NCBI GenBank assembly: GCA_963666285.1
Contig: OY762711.1
DNA length: 64,000 nt
Strand: one strand, 5' to 3'
Origin: Sedimentisphaerales bacterium
Lineage (GTDB): Bacteria > Planctomycetota > Phycisphaerae > Sedimentisphaerales > SM23-30
Part shown: positions 60,046-64,000 of the stretch, in pieces
Position numbering within the stretch: the stretch's first letter is position 1
How the letters are laid out: every line of letters starts with the position of its first letter
Notes under the pieces: model-generated
Told to the model about the DNA's origin: nothing
Database searches by the model: none
The model's input: the letters and a program-made list of their open reading frames with translations, nothing else
Program-made: the position numbers and the translations under genes

Positions 60046-60411
60046 AATTTACATGATTAGTTGACGGATTCCAATCTATGAAATCGATTATACATAGAAA
60101 AGCAGAATCAAGAATAATCATAGGTGTTATCGGCACTAAAAACGACTAATTTGAGCATGAAGTCTAAAATGGACAATTTTGCCTGTTTGCGTTTTATAAG
60201 GTCTTTATTACAAGGCGGTTACTCTTTGTTATTTAATTGACCATAATACTTATTAAGCGCACAGTATGCGTAAAACGGAGTATTTTCCTGCGCTAAATAG
60301 CCTTGCATTAGTCGATTTAATTTTGGACAATAAAAATATAAATCTTTTTTAGGTTTGGAAAGATTTTCTAGAAAATTATTATAATTTGAAAGTGGAATTA
60401 TGGAGGTCGTA

Positions 60412-62301
60412 ATGAGAAAGGTCGTATTGGCTCTGTCTGCAGTAGTTTTGTTGTCTTATTCAATGGTTTATGCCGTTGATGGTTTTGCCTCCGAAAATGG
60501 AGGGACGACCGGTGGTGCCGGTGGAGCAACAGTTACAGTTACGAATGGCGCAGATTTTTTGACTTATGTAGAAGAGGAAGATACTCCTTATATCATTCAG
60601 ATATCCGGAACAGTTGAGCTTTCTGAAGCAGATGGCGGAAGAGTCCGAATTCAGTCTAATAAGACCATAAAAGGTATTGGTGACAATCCTACAATAATAG
60701 GAAGCCTGGGTTTTAAAAATAAATGCAGGAATGTTATTATCGAAGGTCTGACGGTTACGTGTCCAGATGGTTATACAAGTGAGGAAGATGGTATAAGTGT
60801 AAAAGATGATATTGAAAATGTTTTTATCACCAAGTGTACTCTTTTTGATTGTTATGATGGTTGTATTGATGTTGCCCGCCGGTCTGACTGGGTAACAATT
60901 TCATGGTGCAGATTTTATTTTAATGGAAATAACGGCAATAACAACCGTGTCAGCCTGATAGGAAATTCTGATGGTGCTTCTGACGATCTTGGTCATTTAC
61001 ACGTAACACTGCATCATAACTGGTACGATAAGGACTGTATGCAGCGAATACCGTCGGTTCGCTACGGTCGTGTACACATATACAATAACTATTATGACTG
61101 TCAGAATGAAGAAATGATTTACTGTGTCTGGTCTCGTATACAGGCAGAGTGTCTGATAGAGAATAACTATTTCAAGGAAGTGAATAACCCTTATGTGAAT
61201 AATCGTGATGGAGCCCCCGTGGAAGAGTGGGGTAAGATTGGAGCATCCGGCAATATAATTGATAATTGCACCGGCGATGTTCATGATGGTACCGATGTCG
61301 TTTTTGACCCACCGTATGACTATTCTCTGGACGATGCAAATTTTGTTCCTGCTATAGTTAAATATAGTGCCGGTGCAGATGGTAAGGAAGGTACTCCGCC
61401 TCATTGGTATTTTGGCCAGTATGGTGATTTTGATATGAGTGGTTTTGTCGATATTGTAGATTTTGCGTCGTTTGCTACTTACTGGCTAGGGACAGAAAAT
61501 ATAGAAAACGCAGATTATGATGAAAGCGGAAGAGTTGATCTGGGTGAATTTGCGATGTTCTCAGGTAACTATATGTATGTCGCACCAGACACGACAGCTC
61601 CTGAAGTGCCAGCAGACCTTTGGGCTCTCGGACAGGACGGGCAGATAAGTTTAGATTGGTCAGAAAACAATACCGAAGCTGATTTTGCCGGATATAATCT
61701 GTATCGTTCTACAAGTCCATCTTCAGGTTTTGTCAAAGTAAACGGTATGCTGCTGCAAAACTCAAAATTCAACGATATTGCTGTTACTAACGGCACAATG
61801 TATTTCTATGAAGTTAAGTCATTAGATACAAGTGGCAATGAGTCTGTCGGTTCGATTCTAGCTTGTGCTGTTCCGGGAACAACGAATCTGCTTATCCAGG
61901 AAGAGGCTCTTGGTTTCTGTATGTCTGGTGACATTCAGACGATTGAAACCAAAAACAGCGGATTTACCGGTCTTGCTTATGCCAATACTTATAACGAGAC
62001 AGGCATGGGAGTTGACTATAGTGTTAATATAACAACCGCCGGTACGTACACATTGACTTTCAGGTATGCCGGTACAACCAACAGAACGGCAAATCTAATT
62101 GTTAACGGTGTTACTGAAGTGACAGGTATTCCATTTGTCAGCACAGGTGCCTGGACCAGCTGGGCTACAGAAACAGTGATGGTTGATCTTAGTGCAGGCG
62201 TTAAATCAATCCGGCTGGAAGCTACTACCGGTGATGGTTTGAGCAATATTGATTATATGCAGATTGAGGGGGCCGGTCCTGAGGCTACTGTTTGTCCATA
62301 A
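60412..62301 (+). CDS. Pectate lyase (PL1) with dockerin-like, FN3 and CBM35/CBM6-like domains
   Basis: GTTGGAGG, SNKTIKG, DGCID, VTLHHNW and RIPSVRYGRVHIYNNYY motifs. C-terminal TFRYA...TGAWTSW...NIDY. Confidence 0.93.
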   Translation: MRKVVLALSAVVLLSYSMVYAVDGFASENGGTTGGAGGATVTVTNGADFLTYVEEEDTPYIIQISGTVELSEADGGRVRIQSNKTIKGIGDNPTIIGSLGFKNKCRNVIIEGLTVTCPDGYTSEEDGISVKDDIENVFITKCTLFDCYDGCIDVARRSDWVTISWCRFYFNGNNGNNNRVSLIGNSDGASDDLGHLHVTLHHNWYDKDCMQRIPSVRYGRVHIYNNYYDCQNEEMIYCVWSRIQAECLIENNYFKEVNNPYVNNRDGAPVEEWGKIGASGNIIDNCTGDVHDGTDVVFDPPYDYSLDDANFVPAIVKYSAGADGKEGTPPHWYFGQYGDFDMSGFVDIVDFASFATYWLGTENIENADYDESGRVDLGEFAMFSGNYMYVAPDTTAPEVPADLWALGQDGQISLDWSENNTEADFAGYNLYRSTSPSSGFVKVNGMLLQNSKFNDIAVTNGTMYFYEVKSLDTSGNESVGSILACAVPGTTNLLIQEEALGFCMSGDIQTIETKNSGFTGLAYANTYNETGMGVDYSVNITTAGTYTLTFRYAGTTNRTANLIVNGVTEVTGIPFVSTGAWTSWATETVMVDLSAGVKSIRLEATTGDGLSNIDYMQIEGAGPEATVCP

Positions 62302-62331
62302 AATAACTTTACCAATAAAGTTAAATTATTT

Positions 62332-62372
62332 GTGCCGTTACCGGGTATATATCCCGATAGCGGCATTTTTTT
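62332..62372 (+). terminator. Intrinsic terminator
   Basis: TGCCGTTACCGGG TATATA TCCCGATAGCGGCATTTTTTT. Confidence 0.75.
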
Positions 62373-62420
62373 ATATGAAACTACATTTGTGGTGATTATA
62401 ATTAATGTACGTGAGGAAAT

Positions 62421-63050
62421 ATGATTTCATTTAACGATATAATTCTATTCTCGATAACTGTATTTATCGCATCTATTATACCAGGACCGAGTATGCTGCT
62501 TGCACTTACACATGGAATGCAGTATGGCATGCGCAGGACTGTTGTATCTGCACTTGGCAATGTTACAGTAACTATATTGCAGGCCATTGTATCTATTGCG
62601 GGTTTAGGTACAATACTTATAGCTTCTGAGTCGTTTTTTCATTATGTAAAGCTTGCCGGAGCATGTTATCTTATCTATATGGGAGTCTGTATTTTATTTT
62701 TTTCCGGTTTCTTTACAGGTCCTACAATTCAAGATGATAAACGTAAAGCGAAGTCGTTATTGAAAATGTATGTGCAGTCAGTATGTGTAACGGGAGGAAA
62801 TCCAAAGGCTATCGTATTTTTTACAGCTGTTTTTCCCCAGTTTATAGATCTTAATTCATCCTGTCTGCCCCAGTTTTGTCTGCTTATCAGTATTCTGGCA
62901 AGTATCGCATTTGCATGTTTTATGATCTATGCTTTTGGCGGCCAGAAGGTAGTATCCTTATTTACACGCACTACAGTAGTGAAATATATCAAAGTTATAT
63001 TGGGGCAGGACTGCATCTGGCACTGGACAGAGATTAGGGTTATCAAATAG
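62421..63050 (+). CDS. LysE family translocator (C-terminus probably frameshifted)
   Basis: IPGPSMLL, KLAGACYLIYMG and NPKAIVFF..VFPQFI motifs. Confidence 0.88.
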   Translation: MISFNDIILFSITVFIASIIPGPSMLLALTHGMQYGMRRTVVSALGNVTVTILQAIVSIAGLGTILIASESFFHYVKLAGACYLIYMGVCILFFSGFFTGPTIQDDKRKAKSLLKMYVQSVCVTGGNPKAIVFFTAVFPQFIDLNSSCLPQFCLLISILASIAFACFMIYAFGGQKVVSLFTRTTVVKYIKVILGQDCIWHWTEIRVIK

Positions 63051-63185
63051 TACTTGTAGTAAATTGCATATGCCGATATATAAGTGGTATTACCAAAAAA
63101 CTTCTTGAAAAATCCAATTTGCGGAGTATTATCTAACTCTTTATAGCAAACGGTTTAATTAACACTTTTCATAAAGGAGCAACAC

Positions 63186-64000
63186 ATGAAAAAAAGTCTC
63201 TGGACTAAATTTGCAGGTATTTGTATATTTGCAGCTTTGATCTCTGTTTCCTGCGTAAGTACTTTGTTCGCAGGGGATTATCCACTAGCTGAAAAGGTAG
63301 ATCCATTTATTGGGACAGGTGCCCATGGTCATACCTATCCAGGAGTATCATTGCCGTTCGGTATGGTTCAGCTTAGCCCTGATACAAAAACTCAGGGTTG
63401 GGACTGGTGTTCCGGTTACCATTACAGCAGTAAGACAATAATGGGCTTTAGTCATACCCATCTGGATGGTACAGGCTGTGCAGATCTTGGTGATTTTCTG
63501 TTTATGCCTACAATTGGCAAGATCCAGTTTGAACCAGGCTCCGAAAATCAAACATCCAGTGGATATCGCTCTTCTTTCAGCCACGATCAGGAAAAAGCCA
63601 TGGCGGGCTATTATGCCGTAAAGCTACTGGACTATGATATTGATGTAGAGCTAACAGCAACTCCGCGTGTTGGTGTTCATAGATATATTTACCCTAAGAG
63701 TAAGGAAGCAAATGTAATTATTGACCTTACACATCATATTGGCGGTTCAAATATCCGTGAGAGCAAGGCTGAGATTGTTGGAAAAGATGAAATTCGCGGT
63801 TATGTACGTAAAAGCGGCTGGTCGCCAGACCGATTTATGTATTTTGTAGCGAAATTTTCCCGTCCGTTCGAGGAAAGTGGTTTATTTGCTGATGGTAAGG
63901 CTCTTGACAGCTCTGTGACTAGCAGTGATGCCCGCAGGATTCAGTGTTATGCTCGTTTTGATACTACATCTAATAAGGAACTGATTGTAAAGGTTGGTAT
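63186..64000 (+). CDS. GH92 alpha-mannosidase family protein (runs off the window)
   Basis: Not in the ORF track. AAGGAG RBS, then MKKSLW...VDPFIGTGAHGHTYPGVSLPFGMVQLSPDT...GFSHTHLDGTG. Confidence 0.92.
   Translation, partial: MKKSLWTKFAGICIFAALISVSCVSTLFAGDYPLAEKVDPFIGTGAHGHTYPGVSLPFGMVQLSPDTKTQGWDWCSGYHYSSKTIMGFSHTHLDGTGCADLGDFLFMPTIGKIQFEPGSENQTSSGYRSSFSHDQEKAMAGYYAVKLLDYDIDVELTATPRVGVHRYIYPKSKEANVIIDLTHHIGGSNIRESKAEIVGKDEIRGYVRKSGWSPDRFMYFVAKFSRPFEESGLFADGKALDSSVTSSDARRIQCYARFDTTSNKELIVKVG

Noticed and set aside
6621..60221. TAAN-N17-NTTA motifs in many intergenic regions (e.g. 8377, 11418, 38177, 51560, 51633, 58207, 58373, 60197)
   Set aside because: Only six A/T positions are fixed, so many hits are expected by chance in AT-rich DNA. 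Some resemble IHF-like sites, but a statistical test is needed.

Overview
Bacterial chromosomal window, most likely from Planctomycetota (Phycisphaerae/Sedimentisphaerales-like). This is inferred from the PEP-CTERM, dockerin-like, FecR-NPCBM and lamin-tail/CotH proteins. Ordinary content: secreted carbohydrate-active proteins (two tandem GH78 rhamnosidases, CE8, PL1, partial GH92, a GxGYxYP protein), tRNA-Pro(GGG), tmRNA, a sigma-70 factor, DAHP synthase, a split FeoB iron-uptake operon and ChrA. The most unusual part is ~12.5-22.5 kb, a mosaic of short modular repeats. Two copies of an IS110-family (IS1111-type) element sit at the same position of one repeat module. Their 3' non-coding region holds a stem-loop with 10-nt matches to both strands of that target, the expected signature of a bridge/seek RNA. 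A group II intron with an atypical GAGCG 5' end is inserted in a neighbouring heptamer module, and its EBS1 matches that module. An orphan RHS toxin tip with a probable immunity gene lies between the IS copies. Other points: an unannotated Phe/Tyr/Trp-rich leader-peptide attenuator upstream of the DAHP synthase gene, several MITE-like families, an 80-bp gene-end duplication around a pRiA4b-ORF3 gene, and strong Asp-Pro-Asn enrichment in a secreted protein. All product calls are from motif recognition by eye, with no database searches.
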